Source: an uncultured delta proteobacterium
GTDB lineage: Bacteria; Desulfobacterota; Binatia; Binatales; Binataceae
DNA length: 64,000 nucleotides
Direction of reading: 5' to 3'
NCBI GenBank assembly: GCA_963811865.1
Contig: CAWESZ010000013.1
Span: 377,411-441,410, forward strand
The translations under genes and the position numbers were made by a program. The notes under the pieces are model-generated. The model was given only the letters and a program-made list of their open reading frames with translations, ran no database searches and was not told the origin of the DNA. How positions within the stretch are numbered: position 1 is the stretch's first letter; every line of letters starts with the position of its first letter. Positions 63,057 to 64,000 of this stretch are shown in pieces.

Positions 63057-63468
63057 GTTATAGCCTCCACAGCGAAATCTTCTGAGAGAATCGGGCGACT
63101 TTTTTGGAACCCAGGTGACTCCACGGATTCGCGAAGCTCAATGCCGCGCGAGAACATGTGGATGGGCCGAGGATGGCGCGCGTTTTGACGGCCAGGGCCG
63201 CGTCTTTCTTGGCAGGAGGACTTCCGCTGCCCCCTCGGCCCAATGCTCTTCCGAATGTCCTTACAGATCCTCGAAACTCTCTCTTCGCGTTTCCGTGCGA
63301 AAACGATCCTAACATGGGCCTCGGCGCGTATACCACTAGAGCCTTCGCAAGCTTGGTTCTTTAGATAACAAGGATCACGGAATTCGGATCCACTGCGAGT
63401 TGGGCCTATGCGGCCCTGGGTTTGGACTCGTCCGGTGAAAGAGAATTCGAGGATAGGCTCGACATGAA

Positions 63469-64000
63469 CTAGCCTTCGCTATCAATGAGATTGTGAGAGC
63501 GGTGGCCGCCGGGAGATACTTCGCCAACCTGGTTTACCTCACCCAATGTGACTCGTACCCGATGGGTCGCGCCGTCATCCGACAAGGGGATCAGAGCTGG
63601 AGTTCCCGGCAGCGACTTGCCGTCGAGTTCGACGCGAGTAACGCCGCGACTGACTCCGTGAGGATTCTCGACCGCGATGTCGTAGCGCGCGGAGTGGTAC
63701 CGGAAGACGATTTCGAAGTGTCGCCAGGCCTTCGGGAATGCAGGGATCGATGAGGAGAGTCGCGCCGCGCAGACGAAATCCGAGTATCCACTCGAGACCC
63801 GCCCGATACATCCATCCGGCCGAGCCGGTGTACCAGGTCCAGCCGCCGCGCCCGACATGTGCGGGCTCGGCATATACGTCGCCGCAGGCAACGTACGGCT
63901 CAACCTTGTAGCGATGAATGCCGGCACGCGTGCTGGCGTGATTGATCGGATTCAACAGCGAAAACAGCTCACCGGCCTTGTCTCCGTCACCGAGCATCGC
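63469..64000 (-). CDS. C-terminal part of a GH94 glycoside phosphorylase / cyclic beta-1,2-glucan-synthase-type protein (N-terminus beyond the right edge), apparent frameshift near 63735
   Basis: NPINHAST...YKVEPYVACGDVY...GRGGWTWYTGSAGWMYRAGLEWILG...LLIDPCIP, then KAWRHFEIVFRYHSARYDIAVENP in the ORF 63469..63927 frame. The shift coincides with a C3 run. Confidence 0.8.

Noticed and set aside
63380-63391. Adjacent EcoRI and BamHI sites (GAATTCGGATCC), suggesting vector or polylinker contamination.
   Set aside because: No further polylinker or vector sequence surrounds the sites. The flanks are ordinary intergenic sequence between two native-looking genes, so this is probably chance.

Overview
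High-GC bacterial chromosomal window, probably a soil or sediment-type genome. It carries many PAS/hybrid histidine kinases, a sigma-54 activator, amidohydrolases, and LLM/MaoC/CoA-transferase metabolism. The left ~12 kb is visibly more AT-rich and looks like an accessory, defence-type island. Spot counts of single 60-nt lines gave 31/60 GC at 9841-9900 versus 43/60 at 40081-40140. The island contains: (1) a PLD-nuclease+SNF2 helicase gene that runs off the left edge; (2) a 113-bp tandem repeat; (3) an RHH-led cassette of three translationally coupled genes, the last split by a complete IS21-family element whose terminal repeats and 4-bp CGGG target duplication I could identify; (4) divergent vsr/dcm; and (5) an operon encoding a MORC/Hsp90-like GHKL module fused to a full histidine-kinase core, directly followed by a receiver-domain protein with an unrecognised output domain. 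Item 5 is my top candidate for an undescribed system. Next come several 3' gene fragments and a vapBC cassette bracketed by a ~190-bp duplication of the 3' end of an alginate-export-type OMP gene. The rest of the window is mostly core-like: oxidoreductases, hydrolases, two paralogous hybrid kinases around a CoA-transferase, a Fur/rubrerythrin/Fe-S/DUF3501 cluster, an SNF2+SWIM gene pair, prolyl oligopeptidase, an LssY-like protein, and a general-stress cluster (CsbD, DksA/TraR, BON, SodB, DUF2383). No rRNA, tRNA or CRISPR was found. Important caveat: at least ~23 single-nucleotide frameshifts split otherwise recognisable genes, and several sit in homopolymer runs. They are about 6-fold denser between 6.8 and 15.6 kb. 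Assembly indels and real gene decay cannot be separated from this sequence alone.
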